From assembly GCA_964356915.1 (NCBI GenBank), contig CAYHJF010000004.1, forward strand, positions 663-64,662: a stretch of DNA of 64,000 nt, written 5' to 3'. This DNA is from an uncultured Candidatus Saccharibacteria bacterium (GTDB lineage Bacteria > Patescibacteriota > Minisyncoccia > Ryanbacterales > GWA2-47-10b). Shown here in pieces: positions 18,822-29,198 of the stretch. Every line of letters begins with the position of its first letter. Position 1 is the first letter of the stretch. The notes under the pieces are model-generated. The model was not told where the DNA came from. It saw only the letters and a program-made list of their open reading frames with translations, and did not search any database. Position numbers and translations under genes: made by a program.

Positions 18822-19718
18822 TTAATTAACAACCAACGTACTCCGAATCAGATCAAACTGCTCAAGAAGCGCGCGCTTATCAAATTCTTTGACCGCGCCC
18901 GGTTCATAATTTTGGATCGCGCCGTAGTGGACAAAATACCGTACCGCAACACACGGATTCGTACCTGGAATCGCATAGATACTCTCTTCGTATCTATTAC
19001 CTGCTCCGGCATTTGAAGCTTCTATAAATGAATATGTCGTACCATTTTCTATGCGCTCTGTAGTTGGATGCGTACCATCAAGAAAAATGCTGGCGGCACA
19101 ATTTTGTGTCTGAGGCACTCTCTCGATACTAATATACGTATCGTTGAAAAGATTCGTACCTTGAGCAAGAGATGCCGGAATTTTGAATTGCACTCCTCCA
19201 ATAACCACATCTGGGCTCATCTGATAGCGATACAACTCATCTATCGAATACCCTTGGGGCAATCTAATCGAAAAACTATTTGTATCATTTGAGTATATAT
19301 ATGAAAGATTTTTACCTACTGGCTCTGGAGCAACCGCGATACAGCCGCTATAACCTTTCTCCTCACTATTTTCAAGCACTAAAGCCCCATTGCCTTTACT
19401 CCAAAAAACAAATGACTCGTCTGGACTCACGTATTGTGCTCCGCTTCCGGAGACAGTCTGAGCAAGTATCATAGTGCGTCCATCGCTGAGCACAAGCTTT
19501 ACACTCCCGTTTGGTACCGGTCGATCATCCTCTTTTTGGGAAGGCGTCGCTTCATTCGTAGAAAAAATAGCTTCGATCGTCTTCTGTCCATCGCATGAAT
19601 AAATTACTGTATGCGACTGAATATTCATTGAAGGCGCCACTGATAAACGATTCATCGCATACCAACCCCCGATGAAAATGATAACGGCTATCAAAATAGT
19701 AACAATATAATATTTCAT
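18822..19718 (-). CDS. secreted protein with N-terminal MliC-like (lysozyme-inhibitor fold) domain and C-terminal domain of unknown function
   Basis: TM/signal; YSCDGQKTIEA...VKLVLSDGRTMILAQTVSGSGAQYVS...WSKGNGALV...C matches the MliC pattern including SGSGA.Y. Confidence 0.5.
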   Translation of the reverse strand: MKYYIVTILIAVIIFIGGWYAMNRLSVAPSMNIQSHTVIYSCDGQKTIEAIFSTNEATPSQKEDDRPVPNGSVKLVLSDGRTMILAQTVSGSGAQYVSPDESFVFWSKGNGALVLENSEEKGYSGCIAVAPEPVGKNLSYIYSNDTNSFSIRLPQGYSIDELYRYQMSPDVVIGGVQFKIPASLAQGTNLFNDTYISIERVPQTQNCAASIFLDGTHPTTERIENGTTYSFIEASNAGAGNRYEESIYAIPGTNPCVAVRYFVHYGAIQNYEPGAVKEFDKRALLEQFDLIRSTLVVN

Positions 19719-20234
19719 TTAGAAAAAGAAAATATACAATGCGGATAAAAGAATTCCAAGATTCATATAGGATGTAGCGGCCATACCTGGAGCACGGTAG
19801 AGAGGATGTATACGATAGCCAACCCAAAAAACAACACGAGCAACAACAAACGTAATTGTACAAGCCAATATCAGCTTCATATTCATTGCTGAGAGGCTCG
19901 TACTCAGCGCGAGTGTCCCAATCAAAAAAACAAAATTTTGTTGAAGGGTATTATCCGCTACTCGGCCATCAATCTCTATAGACGCACGCTCTGCATGCGC
20001 AAGTGGATTTATCGCATCACTTAAGAAGCGAGCGTTGCCAACATTAATAAGGATGATAAAAAATGGAACTATTGCGACAGCATTTAATTGAAGCGTGTAT
20101 GCTAGCCTTTCTGCTATAGTAGTGAATCCCGTTGTTGTGGGCAAAAGATAAAAAAGACCGCTAACGAGTACCGCCATACCAAACACTCCACTTGCCGCTC
20201 CAATTGCTACAATTTTCTGCTCTCGCCTCATCAT
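19719..20234 (-). CDS. MAPEG-family membrane protein (tentative)
   Basis: 4 predicted TM helices; RVADNTLQQNFVF resembles the MAPEG R.h.N.lE..P.F motif. Confidence 0.4.
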   Translation of the reverse strand: MMRREQKIVAIGAASGVFGMAVLVSGLFYLLPTTTGFTTIAERLAYTLQLNAVAIVPFFIILINVGNARFLSDAINPLAHAERASIEIDGRVADNTLQQNFVFLIGTLALSTSLSAMNMKLILACTITFVVARVVFWVGYRIHPLYRAPGMAATSYMNLGILLSALYIFFF

Positions 20235-20266
20235 CTTAATGTTATGCCGTTTAACCCTGCCTTTGA

Positions 20267-20725
20267 TTACTGTTGATCGTACGCCTTCTGTAAACCTGCG
20301 ATATCAATCTTCTTCATCTGAAGCATCGCCTGCATGACTCGCCCTGCTTTTGCTGGATCAGGATCTCCAAGTAACTGACTTAAAGCTTTTGGAATAATCT
20401 GCCATGACAAACCATATTTATCTTTGAGCCACCCACACTGACTTTCTTCTCCACCATCTGAAATTAATTTACCCCACAACTCATCTACCTCAGATTGATC
20501 ACCGCAATCTACAAATAGTGAAATTGCTTCTGTAAATTTATACTGCGGACCACCATTGAGGGCATAGAATGTCAGCCCCTCAATTTCAAATGATACCCAC
20601 ATAGCTTTATTATTGGGACCAGGAGTAACGTGCGTAATCTGAGCATTCTTAAAGATTGAAACATAAAACTTTGCTGCTTCTTCAGCCTGATCATCGAACC
20701 ATAAAAATGGAGTTATTTTTTGCAT
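20267..20725 (-). CDS. VOC-family protein, PhnB-like
   Basis: MQKITPFLWFDDQAEEAAKFYVSIF... is the characteristic PhnB-like N-terminus. Confidence 0.7.
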   Translation of the reverse strand: MQKITPFLWFDDQAEEAAKFYVSIFKNAQITHVTPGPNNKAMWVSFEIEGLTFYALNGGPQYKFTEAISLFVDCGDQSEVDELWGKLISDGGEESQCGWLKDKYGLSWQIIPKALSQLLGDPDPAKAGRVMQAMLQMKKIDIAGLQKAYDQQ

Positions 20726-20809
20726 ATTTTTTTATTAACGTATATAAACTACTCTGCGATATTTGCAGTGTAACAAAAAATACCCATGCCCGCTAGATAT
20801 TTTATATGA

Positions 20810-22579
20810 CTAACTTTCTCTCTTCCCGTGAAGGAGCATCTCAACTGCATGCTCCATGGAGCCCGCAAGAATAACTTCGCCACCATTTACAAAGAAAATC
20901 TCATCGGCATTTTCAATAGTATTTAAACGATGAGCGATGATAACGCGAGTCGTATGTTTTGGTAATTTCTTCAAAATATTCTCGAGTAATTCCTCTGTCA
21001 CGGTATCAATATTCGCCGTTGCCTCATCAAGAATAAGTATCTCAGGATTACGAAGTACGCTTCGCATAAAAGCAATCAACTGCTTTTGACCGAGAGAAAG
21101 CGCGTCGCCCGATATCGCAACACGCGCATCGAGTCCTCCGTCAAAGCGCACCAATAAACTCTCAAGCCCCGCATTATGGATTACTTTCATGAGCGCGTCA
21201 GTCGAGAGATCTTTATAGATCTCATTACCATACAGAATATTTTCACGCACCGTGCCAGAGAAAAGTATTGGCTCCTGCAAAATAAAACCTATCTTACGCG
21301 TACGCTCAGCCGGATCAAATGTTCGAATATCTCGACCATTAAGCAAGACTATTCCCTTGGAAGGATCGTACAATCGCGCCATCAGTGAGGCTGTCGTAGT
21401 TTTACCACCACCCGTTGGACCAACAAGCGCATACGTCTTGCCACGCTCAAGTGTAAAGTTCACATTATGCAGTACATCTCTATCATTTGCATATCCAAAA
21501 GAAACTTCTCTAAAGGTTAAAACTTCGGCTTTCTCTTTCTGCGCCACATCCGCTGACATAACGGGCAATATTGTCATATCGTTTTGCATCTGGAGTATCG
21601 CTGAAATCCGATCCCAACCTGCAAGCGCAACTTGAAAGTTAGACCATAGCGCGGAGAGCTGACGAAGCGGGTTGTAAAAATTTGAAACATACGAGAGAAA
21701 GCCTATGAGAAGACCGAGCGTAAAACTACCTATCGTAATAAGATACGCGCCATAAACAAGGACGATAAGTTGCGCGGCATTAGATGAAAGACCAAAAACA
21801 GGCATAAATGTATTATTGGCAACGCCAGCGCCAATTGCAGTCTTATAACTCGCGTCATTCACACTCTGAAACCGCTCACGAAAAAAATCTCGCCGGTTAA
21901 ACGCAACGACTACTTTAAAATTATTTAAACTCTCTGCAATCTCTGCGGATAGCCCACCAATTGCGGTCAATGAAGCCGCATTTTTACGCTTTACCCATGG
22001 TGAGATCAGTTGCGTAAAAATAAGAAGTACGGCCGCAGGAGCAAGCGCAGCTGCACCCAACCGAAGATGAATCGAGAGGAGAAAAACTCCAGCACCAATC
22101 ATAATTACAATGCTTCCCATAAACTGTACTAATGTTTGTGAGAAAAATTGATTGAGCTTATCCGTGTCATTATTAATGCGCGAAATAAGATCTCCCGCCT
22201 TGTTATCATTAAAAAATGCAACTGGTAATTCCTGAAGTTTGCTAAATATTTTTGTACGCAGATTGAAGAGTACGCGCTGACCAACGCCACCCATAAGTCG
22301 TGTCTGCGCATAACTCGTAAAGAGACCTACGCCATAAAGACTAAGAAGTATAAGCGCAAAGGTAACCACGCCTCCAAATTGCTTTGCAATAATATACGTA
22401 TCAACAACATGAGCAATCAAAAGTGGAGCAATGAGGTTGATTGAAGAGTTGGCAAGCGTAGCGATGCCAGCATATATCAAAATACTCCGCTCACCGGAAA
22501 GTAACGGCCACAAATCTCGAATTGCGCCCCATGTCGAGATTTTATTTTTATTTTGTTCGGCGTTAAGTTCGTAGTTCAT
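20810..22579 (-). CDS. ABC exporter, fused permease/ATPase (half-transporter)
   Basis: 6-TM N-terminal domain plus NBD with GPTGGGKTT, LSLGQKQ, ILILDEAT. Start trimmed to MNYELNAEQ to resolve the 100-nt overlap. Confidence 0.8.
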   Translation of the reverse strand: MNYELNAEQNKNKISTWGAIRDLWPLLSGERSILIYAGIATLANSSINLIAPLLIAHVVDTYIIAKQFGGVVTFALILLSLYGVGLFTSYAQTRLMGGVGQRVLFNLRTKIFSKLQELPVAFFNDNKAGDLISRINNDTDKLNQFFSQTLVQFMGSIVIMIGAGVFLLSIHLRLGAAALAPAAVLLIFTQLISPWVKRKNAASLTAIGGLSAEIAESLNNFKVVVAFNRRDFFRERFQSVNDASYKTAIGAGVANNTFMPVFGLSSNAAQLIVLVYGAYLITIGSFTLGLLIGFLSYVSNFYNPLRQLSALWSNFQVALAGWDRISAILQMQNDMTILPVMSADVAQKEKAEVLTFREVSFGYANDRDVLHNVNFTLERGKTYALVGPTGGGKTTTASLMARLYDPSKGIVLLNGRDIRTFDPAERTRKIGFILQEPILFSGTVRENILYGNEIYKDLSTDALMKVIHNAGLESLLVRFDGGLDARVAISGDALSLGQKQLIAFMRSVLRNPEILILDEATANIDTVTEELLENILKKLPKHTTRVIIAHRLNTIENADEIFFVNGGEVILAGSMEHAVEMLLHGKRES

Positions 22580-24299
22580 AAGTACTTGTTGAGCGCTGAG
22601 AATTATAAATCTGAACGTACTCTGGTGAAACTCGCATGAGTTCAGAGTGTGTACCTCGAGCAAGGATCTCCCCTTCCATCAGCAAAATAATCTGATCATA
22701 CGCTTCGACCGGAACAATCTTCTGCGTTATTGAAATAAGCGTTAACCCGGGATAGTTTTCTTCAATATTTGCTAAAATCTTACGCTCGGTCTGCGCGTCT
22801 ACTCGCGCGGTAAAATCATCGAGAAAAAGAATCTTTGGTTCAAGTGCAAGCGCTCGAGCAAGCATGATGCGCTGCTTCTGACCACCGGAAAGTGACGTAC
22901 CTCTCTCGGAAACAAGTGTATCAAGACCTTCAGGTAGCGTATGAAGAAAATCGGCAAGCTCTGCTGTCTCTATGGCCTTTTTGAGCGACTCATCCGTTAC
23001 GATTTTACTAAAAGCAATATTCTCACGCATCGTCGTGTTAAAGAGAATACTATCTTGAAACACAAGACCAATCTGCGGATAAAACAATGCGCGCTCATAC
23101 TCGGCAAGAAGATGTCCGTCATATCTAACTTCACCCGTCTCGGGAAAAGTAAGCCCCGCAATCACATTAAGCAGTTGAGTTTTACCTGCAGCGGTCGGAC
23201 CAATAATGGCAGTCTTGGTATTTGGCATAATCGAGAAAGAAATATCTTTCAGTGCCGCTTTCTCGCCATACATGACCGTTATATTGCTAGCATCGATCTG
23301 ACCGCTCAATAATCCTACAAGTTTGCCATCATCTTTTTCATCGGGTGCCTGAAGTACTTCGTAAATACGTGCATACGATATTGTAGCCTGAGCAATAACA
23401 TTGCTCATGAATCCGATTACAAGAATTGGGAAAATAAGCACGACGATATAACTCATAAACGCGACAAATGAACCAATCGTCATTGAGCCCTGAACGACAT
23501 AATAGCCGCCAAGTGTTACTACCATGAGTATACCCATACTTGAAACGAACGTAATAACCGGGATCATGAATGAAAATAATCGTAAAATACTAACACCAAG
23601 ATCTCGCGCCTTAGTATTTGCATCTCTAAATTTGTCATGCTCAAGCTCGCCTGAGTTCAATACACGAATCAATGCCGCGCCCATAATACTTTCGTTGATA
23701 ACCTTATTAAGCCAATCAACTACCTCGCGACTCTGCTTAAAAAGCAGACGAACTTTTTGCAAGATAACAAAAAACGTACCACCAATAATCGGAATAATAG
23801 TAAGCACTGCAAGCGCCAACTTCCAATCAATCGTAATAAGAATGATCGCGGTACCAATAATAATAACGCCCGAAGAGACAAGCGAAACGATAACCTGCGC
23901 CACAAACATTTTAATAGAGTCTATGTCAGAGGTAATATTTGTCAGCAATTTTGATGGATCTCTTTCTTGGATAAATCGGTACCCCTGATGTGAGATCTTG
24001 GTGGCAAGATGCGAACGTAAATCACGTGCAACTTTTTCTGACGCGTACGTCTGCACAATGCTCTGAAGATATGTAAAGAAAAAAATCGCAAACGTGAATT
24101 CTCCAAACTGAATGGCGAACGTCGACAAGTTGAGCGCCCCTCGCACATAAAGATCAATTCCTTCTGCAATCAGCTTTGGCAAAAAAAGCGTTAATACATT
24201 TGCAGTAATGGCAAAAACAATAAGCAAGATAATCATGCCTCGATATGGTCCGAGTATACTAAAAATATTTGGTGGTTTTGAAATTGGCGTAGAAGTCAT
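22563..24299 (-). CDS. ABC exporter, fused permease/ATPase (partner half-transporter)
   Basis: TMD plus NBD with GPTAAGKTQ, LSGGQKQR, LFLDDFT; adjacent and overlapping the partner, consistent with a heterodimeric exporter. Confidence 0.8.
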   Translation of the reverse strand: MTSTPISKPPNIFSILGPYRGMIILLIVFAITANVLTLFLPKLIAEGIDLYVRGALNLSTFAIQFGEFTFAIFFFTYLQSIVQTYASEKVARDLRSHLATKISHQGYRFIQERDPSKLLTNITSDIDSIKMFVAQVIVSLVSSGVIIIGTAIILITIDWKLALAVLTIIPIIGGTFFVILQKVRLLFKQSREVVDWLNKVINESIMGAALIRVLNSGELEHDKFRDANTKARDLGVSILRLFSFMIPVITFVSSMGILMVVTLGGYYVVQGSMTIGSFVAFMSYIVVLIFPILVIGFMSNVIAQATISYARIYEVLQAPDEKDDGKLVGLLSGQIDASNITVMYGEKAALKDISFSIMPNTKTAIIGPTAAGKTQLLNVIAGLTFPETGEVRYDGHLLAEYERALFYPQIGLVFQDSILFNTTMRENIAFSKIVTDESLKKAIETAELADFLHTLPEGLDTLVSERGTSLSGGQKQRIMLARALALEPKILFLDDFTARVDAQTERKILANIEENYPGLTLISITQKIVPVEAYDQIILLMEGEILARGTHSELMRVSPEYVQIYNSQRSTSTYELRT

Positions 24300-24307
24300 A
24301 TGAAAGA

Positions 24308-24895
24308 CTAGTTAAGTCTCCTTTTGGGTTTAGAGGCTTTTTTAGCAACCAAAATAAAACATGGAAGAATGTTTCTTGGCTCAAATGAAATTGAAATCTT
24401 ATGAAAGTATTTTTCCAAAGGTTTTTTCATGAGAGTACTGTACTGATGAAACACAATAAATGCACCTTGTGGCTTAAGCAGATTGCGCGTTTTTTCAAGA
24501 ACCTGATCTCGCTCAGAGATAGTCAGAAAAGAGAATGGGATACTTGAAACTATTAAGTCGGCGTCTTGAAAATTCTGCGCCTCCTTATCAAGAACATCTT
24601 GGACCTTCCCATTAATGACCGTCAGACGTGGATCGTTGATTCTTTTAAGATCTCTAATAAACTGATCCCCTAGCTCAATCGCCAAAAGCCTTCCGTCTGG
24701 AGCAAGAGATCGAAGAAGCGCCCTTGTCATAACTCCATCTCCTGGCCCATATTCAATAACAGTCTTGGGCGGCATAGGGATATGCTTCAGCACACCCCTC
24801 ACTACATATCGTGAACTCATCATAATAGCGCCGACCTTCCCACGACCCAAAACAGCATTTACTAAAAATTGTACTCGTCTATTCAGCGTTTTCAT
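24308..24895 (-). CDS. class I SAM-dependent methyltransferase
   Basis: VIEYGPGDGVMTRAL motif I; ~195 aa. Confidence 0.65.
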   Translation of the reverse strand: MKTLNRRVQFLVNAVLGRGKVGAIMMSSRYVVRGVLKHIPMPPKTVIEYGPGDGVMTRALLRSLAPDGRLLAIELGDQFIRDLKRINDPRLTVINGKVQDVLDKEAQNFQDADLIVSSIPFSFLTISERDQVLEKTRNLLKPQGAFIVFHQYSTLMKKPLEKYFHKISISFEPRNILPCFILVAKKASKPKRRLN

Positions 24896-24902
24896 GAATG
24901 GT

Positions 24903-25472
24903 TTAAAAAAGAGCGCCTATATGCTGAAGTACGTAACGGCCGAAAAAAATGTAGATACCGCATACGACTCCCTCTCCAATAAAAATACCGACAATAAGTT
25001 TCCGAACATCCACCTCAAGCGCGCCACATATGTAACAAATTACGTCTGTCGGCAAAAACGGAAACGCACTCCATGCGATAATAATTGGCAACTCATTTTT
25101 TTCCAACGCCGACCGTACTCTCATGATTTGTCGACTATATCTTTTCGCAAATAACTTATCGATGTGTAGAAATTCAAAAAAATAATACACGCTAACAGAA
25201 GATACGATAATGCCTGCGAGTGTAATAATAAAAAGCGGGAGCGGCGGGAAAAAGAGCAAACCTATAATAATCAGATACGTAACAGGAATTAAAGTAAACC
25301 CGCGTATCGCGCCAAAAAAAAATAAAAACGCATACGCCAAACCCATTGATGCGTGTACCGTCTGCTCAAGCTGACTCTGAAAAAGTTCCGCATGAAAAAA
25401 ATAGACGTAGAGCATACATCCAAGGAATAAAAGCCATAACATGCCAAAAAAGAATCTCAAGCCTTCATTCAA
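24903..25472 (-). CDS. DedA/TVP38 (SNARE-associated) family membrane protein
   Basis: VTYLIIIG and FLPTDVICYICG re-entrant motifs. Confidence 0.7.
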   Translation of the reverse strand: MNEGLRFFFGMLWLLFLGCMLYVYFFHAELFQSQLEQTVHASMGLAYAFLFFFGAIRGFTLIPVTYLIIIGLLFFPPLPLFIITLAGIIVSSVSVYYFFEFLHIDKLFAKRYSRQIMRVRSALEKNELPIIIAWSAFPFLPTDVICYICGALEVDVRKLIVGIFIGEGVVCGIYIFFGRYVLQHIGALF

Positions 25473-25591
25473 CAGCTAAAAGTGAAGAAACGCAAGACTT
25501 TTAATTTAGTATGCTCAAGTAATTTTTTCTTTATGGATATCTATTACCTAACTCTCCACCCCTACCCCACTTATAACCAACACTCAAAAAA

Positions 25592-26236
25592 CTATGGATA
25601 ATTTCTTCCATCTCCAGATATTGGGATTTTCTCTCCCAAATATTTTGGCTTTCTGCGAAGCGTAAGATCTAGTATGACTTTTTCACTAGCAAAAACTTCG
25701 CGAATATTATTACGAAAAAGAATATGCCCAACATCAGCATTCACCCCATAGGCTTTTACTCCGAGTCGATGTGCAATAAAAACAGCACGAGGCAAATGGA
25801 ATGACTGTGTTGCTATTATCATGGAAGAAACTCCAAAAATATCCCGAGCGCGATACATAGAACTGTAGGTATCGAAACCTGCGTGATCAAGAAAAATATC
25901 CTGATCTGGAATGCCTTTATGTATGAGGTAGCGACGAACTGGATTTACTTCATTGTGACTCTCAGTACTATTGTCGCCAGAGACAAGAATTTTTGAAACT
26001 TTTTTTGTCTCATACAGCTTGATGGCTGTATCGGCTCGATCAATAAAGATAGAAGAAAGACTGCCATCTTCCAAAATAGCTGCTCCTGGGATTAGGACTA
26101 CCTCTGCGGTTGGAACCTTTGCACTATCATTATATATATGCGATTTCGTCGTTAAATAAATACCTATATTGGTAGCGAAAATAAAAAGAACAAAAAATCC
26201 AATAACACACACCACAAAAAAGAAAAGTCGTCTCAT
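25592..26236 (-). CDS. SanA/YdcF (DUF218) family protein
   Basis: N-terminal anchor, VLIPGAA...ILVSGDN core. Confidence 0.65.
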   Translation of the reverse strand: MRRLFFFVVCVIGFFVLFIFATNIGIYLTTKSHIYNDSAKVPTAEVVLIPGAAILEDGSLSSIFIDRADTAIKLYETKKVSKILVSGDNSTESHNEVNPVRRYLIHKGIPDQDIFLDHAGFDTYSSMYRARDIFGVSSMIIATQSFHLPRAVFIAHRLGVKAYGVNADVGHILFRNNIREVFASEKVILDLTLRRKPKYLGEKIPISGDGRNYP

Positions 26237-26307
26237 CTCCCAAGTATACGCCTTTCTACCACTTTTAATCGTTTGAAATTTTCAATGCGCCTCGAATACC
26301 TTTTATA

Positions 26308-26631
26308 CTATTTCTTAGTAAACGATAATCGTCGCTTACGCATAGCAATCTTAAGCTGCCCCATTGCTTTAGGGCCCATGCCATGGAGGTCAGAAATTTC
26401 AACTTCCGTATGTTTTACAAGTTGTGCGAGCATAGTAATTTTTGCACCCAAAAGCGCGCGGAGAGCTGGAGCGGCGAGAGTATTGGGAAAATCGTTTTGT
26501 GATCGCTTTCTATAGTATCCAGCCCAACACTTTGGGCAAACAGGACAATCACTACTTTTGTAAAACTTATGCCCGCGACTGCATATTTTTAATTTTTTGA
26601 TAGTTTTTGTAGTTTTATCGAGCATTTTCAT
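26308..26631 (-). CDS. zinc-ribbon protein with C-terminal RNA polymerase alpha-CTD-like helix-hairpin-helix domain
   Basis: CSRGHKFYKSSDCPVCPKC; LVKHTEVEISDLHGMGPKAMGQLK resembles RpoA alpha-CTD [24 protein letters not shown]. Confidence 0.45.
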   Translation of the reverse strand: MKMLDKTTKTIKKLKICSRGHKFYKSSDCPVCPKCWAGYYRKRSQNDFPNTLAAPALRALLGAKITMLAQLVKHTEVEISDLHGMGPKAMGQLKIAMRKRRLSFTKK

Positions 26632-26992
26632 CTACCTGAAATACTCCGAATACGTTATTGTCGGTATCGATAAAATATCCTTGCCAGCATTTACCCGGTA
26701 CTGCAAATTTTGGTAATGCAACCTGTCCCCCACTATCAAGTATCTTTTTTCCTATTTCATCAAAATTCATCACCTCTATTGAGCACGTAAATGCGTTGGT
26801 GCCACATTCTGACGGAGGCGTTTTTGCAGGGCGCTTTAGAAGCCCCCCGTTAATTCCATTAGTCTGAATCCGGCAATACTCGATAGGCAATGATTCTTCT
26901 TTGGTAAATTTCCAATCAAAAACATTTTGATAAAATGTAACTGCTTTCTCTAGATCTGACGCCTGTATCTCAAAATATCCAACGCTATTCAT
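26615..26992 (-). CDS. VOC-family glyoxalase/bleomycin-resistance protein
   Basis: MNSVGYFEIQASDLEKAVTFYQNVFDW... and a C-terminal second beta-alpha-beta-beta-beta unit. Confidence 0.75.
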   Translation of the reverse strand: MNSVGYFEIQASDLEKAVTFYQNVFDWKFTKEESLPIEYCRIQTNGINGGLLKRPAKTPPSECGTNAFTCSIEVMNFDEIGKKILDSGGQVALPKFAVPGKCWQGYFIDTDNNVFGVFQVDENAR

Positions 26993-27405
26993 GACATTGA
27001 GAGAATAAATGCGGCTAACATGATCCCTACAAATTGATAGCCAATCATCACAAAAATCTGCTTAATCCAAAACTTCTTTTTCGTACTCCCCCAAACAACA
27101 GTACCTATTTGAACTGGAGCCACAAAGCCTAACCATATCCAAAAAGCAGTATGGTAAATACCAAGCGCCGAGCCATATACCATAAAATTTGCAAACGCGA
27201 ACGTCGTAAATAATGTGAGAAAAAACTGAAGAGCATAAAAAGGCATCATTGCCTTTTGCATTCTCTCTAACTCCTCCTTTGAAATCTGAGTGACCTCCAT
27301 GATTTCCATCCACCACTTTCCAAACATTAGCGGTGAATACCATAAAGCGCCAAGTATAAACTGAGCAAGCGTCGCTCCTGCAATCAACATGTAATTTATT
27401 TCCAT
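26989..27405 (-). CDS. DUF1761 family membrane protein
   Basis: GALWYSPLMFGKWW signature, 4 TM. Confidence 0.6.
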   Translation of the reverse strand: MEINYMLIAGATLAQFILGALWYSPLMFGKWWMEIMEVTQISKEELERMQKAMMPFYALQFFLTLFTTFAFANFMVYGSALGIYHTAFWIWLGFVAPVQIGTVVWGSTKKKFWIKQIFVMIGYQFVGIMLAAFILSMS

Positions 27406-27450
27406 ATCATCAAGTTATGCCATTAAAAAATCTTCCGCTATCTTCTTATT

Positions 27451-27843
27451 TTATACCCTTCTCGCCCCACCCAAAGATTTCGCCGCTTTCTTTTGTAGAT
27501 TTTCTCTTACCCTGAACTTAACGATTTTACTTATCAAGCCCGCAGGTAATGGTTTATCAAATGGAAGCTGAAGAGTGCCTTTTGTTGTCTTATACGCCGC
27601 TAACTCTTTTTTGAAAACTCTGATTCCTGAAGAAGCCGGATAAAAGCCTACGTGCTTCGTAAATGCTCCAAAATGCACGAGATTACCATTTAACTTAAAC
27701 GTAGGAATTCCATAACTAATCGCTTCCTCTGCCTTTGGTGCAGCGTTTTTAATAATAATTCTCAACCTCTTCAAGATTACTTGAACATTTTTTGGATAGT
27801 TAGCGATGTATTCTTCGGTAGTTTTGAAACTTCTCATACTCAT
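27451..27843 (-). CDS. DUF1801 (YdhG-like) domain protein
   Basis: SYGIPTFKLNGNLVHFGAFTKHVGFYP core. Confidence 0.6.
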   Translation of the reverse strand: MSMRSFKTTEEYIANYPKNVQVILKRLRIIIKNAAPKAEEAISYGIPTFKLNGNLVHFGAFTKHVGFYPASSGIRVFKKELAAYKTTKGTLQLPFDKPLPAGLISKIVKFRVRENLQKKAAKSLGGARRV

Positions 27844-27866
27844 ACTCTATGCAAAAATCCTACTCA

Positions 27867-28346
27867 TTAATCTTCTTTTTCAATACTACGTTGAATCTCC
27901 CCGAGATCCATATGACGCTCCATGCGCTCAAGCTCTCCGTCTTTTTCTGTCTTTATCCCTAAGTGCTTATGTAGCCCATGAAGCATATTTAAGATTTTTG
28001 TCGTCTCTTCTTCCGCTCGTACATCTACCTCAAACTCTATCCTCTGCCGAATATCAGCAATTTTGCTTTGTCGATTTTGAGAGATAAGCACGATGATTGA
28101 AAGAAATATTGCCTCAAGCGACACCGCCATCGTTAGAAAACCAAATGGAAATGGATCAAATGGGACAAAGCCAAACTCTGGCGTATTAAGCACCAACCAA
28201 ACAGCAAAAAAAAGAATATTTAAAATAAGAAAAGAAACCGTACCAAAATAACGAGTAAAAAGATCCGCGACCGTATCACTCCATTTATGCTCAAATTGGA
28301 TCTGTGAATGTAGGCTTTTTCGTGATACTTCGTGTCTGGGGCTCAT
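27867..28346 (-). CDS. DUF1003 family membrane protein
   Basis: Start trimmed to MSPRHEV (ATG at 28346); two TM helices then charged coiled C-terminus. Confidence 0.55.
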   Translation of the reverse strand: MSPRHEVSRKSLHSQIQFEHKWSDTVADLFTRYFGTVSFLILNILFFAVWLVLNTPEFGFVPFDPFPFGFLTMAVSLEAIFLSIIVLISQNRQSKIADIRQRIEFEVDVRAEEETTKILNMLHGLHKHLGIKTEKDGELERMERHMDLGEIQRSIEKED

Positions 28347-28549
28347 GGCTTTATAATAGCAAATTTTTCTCCACCTACTAGGGCGACTGTAATGGAGAAT
28401 CACCCTAAATAAAAATAGTGGCATCCCTCACGTCTCTCCGCTCTTACATTTTTAACATCTTGAGGCGCTCCATAATCTCAATACGGTCACCGAGAAAATG
28501 CGTAAAATGTGGATGATTCAAGAATAATCTTGTACTGAGACTATCTCCA

Positions 28550-29122
28550 TTACTCGACAATTCTCACGCTATCCCGAATCGCTACAAAGTCCTGCACGAT
28601 CGGAGCGCCCATTTCTAGGTACGTTACTGTAAAAGTATAAACCCAATTTGATTGCGCGTGAACAATGGTCGTCCCTTCATATAAACCCGACCATCGATAC
28701 GAAAGAGCGTCCAGAGTGCTAATCGTTGTTGATGAAAACTTTCCTTCACTGAGTTTAAAATTTGATTCATTCGTGTTACGAATCCACCCCTCAGTTGTTT
28801 GATTGTCAAGATTATTTTGATAGATATTAATCGTGATTGTAGGCGGACCCTCTCCGTCCGTGGGTAGAGGCAAGTCTTCTTTACGCATCAAAGTGATTAC
28901 GTGGTGTTCGCGCATCGCGCCTCCTGGTATATCCATTTCACTAAAAACATATCTGTCAGGATATAAAAATGAAAGACCGTATGTTGCATTTGAATATTGC
29001 TGAAACTCCGAAGGGTCTTGAACCCTATCTTGTGGGGTACTGTACCGTGCTCTCAAAAAAAGACCCCCAGCAATAAGAACACAAAGGAACACGACAATGA
29101 TAATTCCGTATCGTAAAGACAT
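28550..29122 (-). CDS. secreted hypothetical protein
   Basis: N-terminal anchor/signal, 190 aa beta-rich. Confidence 0.45.
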   Translation of the reverse strand: MSLRYGIIIVVFLCVLIAGGLFLRARYSTPQDRVQDPSEFQQYSNATYGLSFLYPDRYVFSEMDIPGGAMREHHVITLMRKEDLPLPTDGEGPPTITINIYQNNLDNQTTEGWIRNTNESNFKLSEGKFSSTTISTLDALSYRWSGLYEGTTIVHAQSNWVYTFTVTYLEMGAPIVQDFVAIRDSVRIVE

Positions 29123-29198
29123 ATTTATTAGTATACATGAAGGAATGCATACACCAACAATTTACTGATCTACCAAGACACCAAAACTAATTTACATT

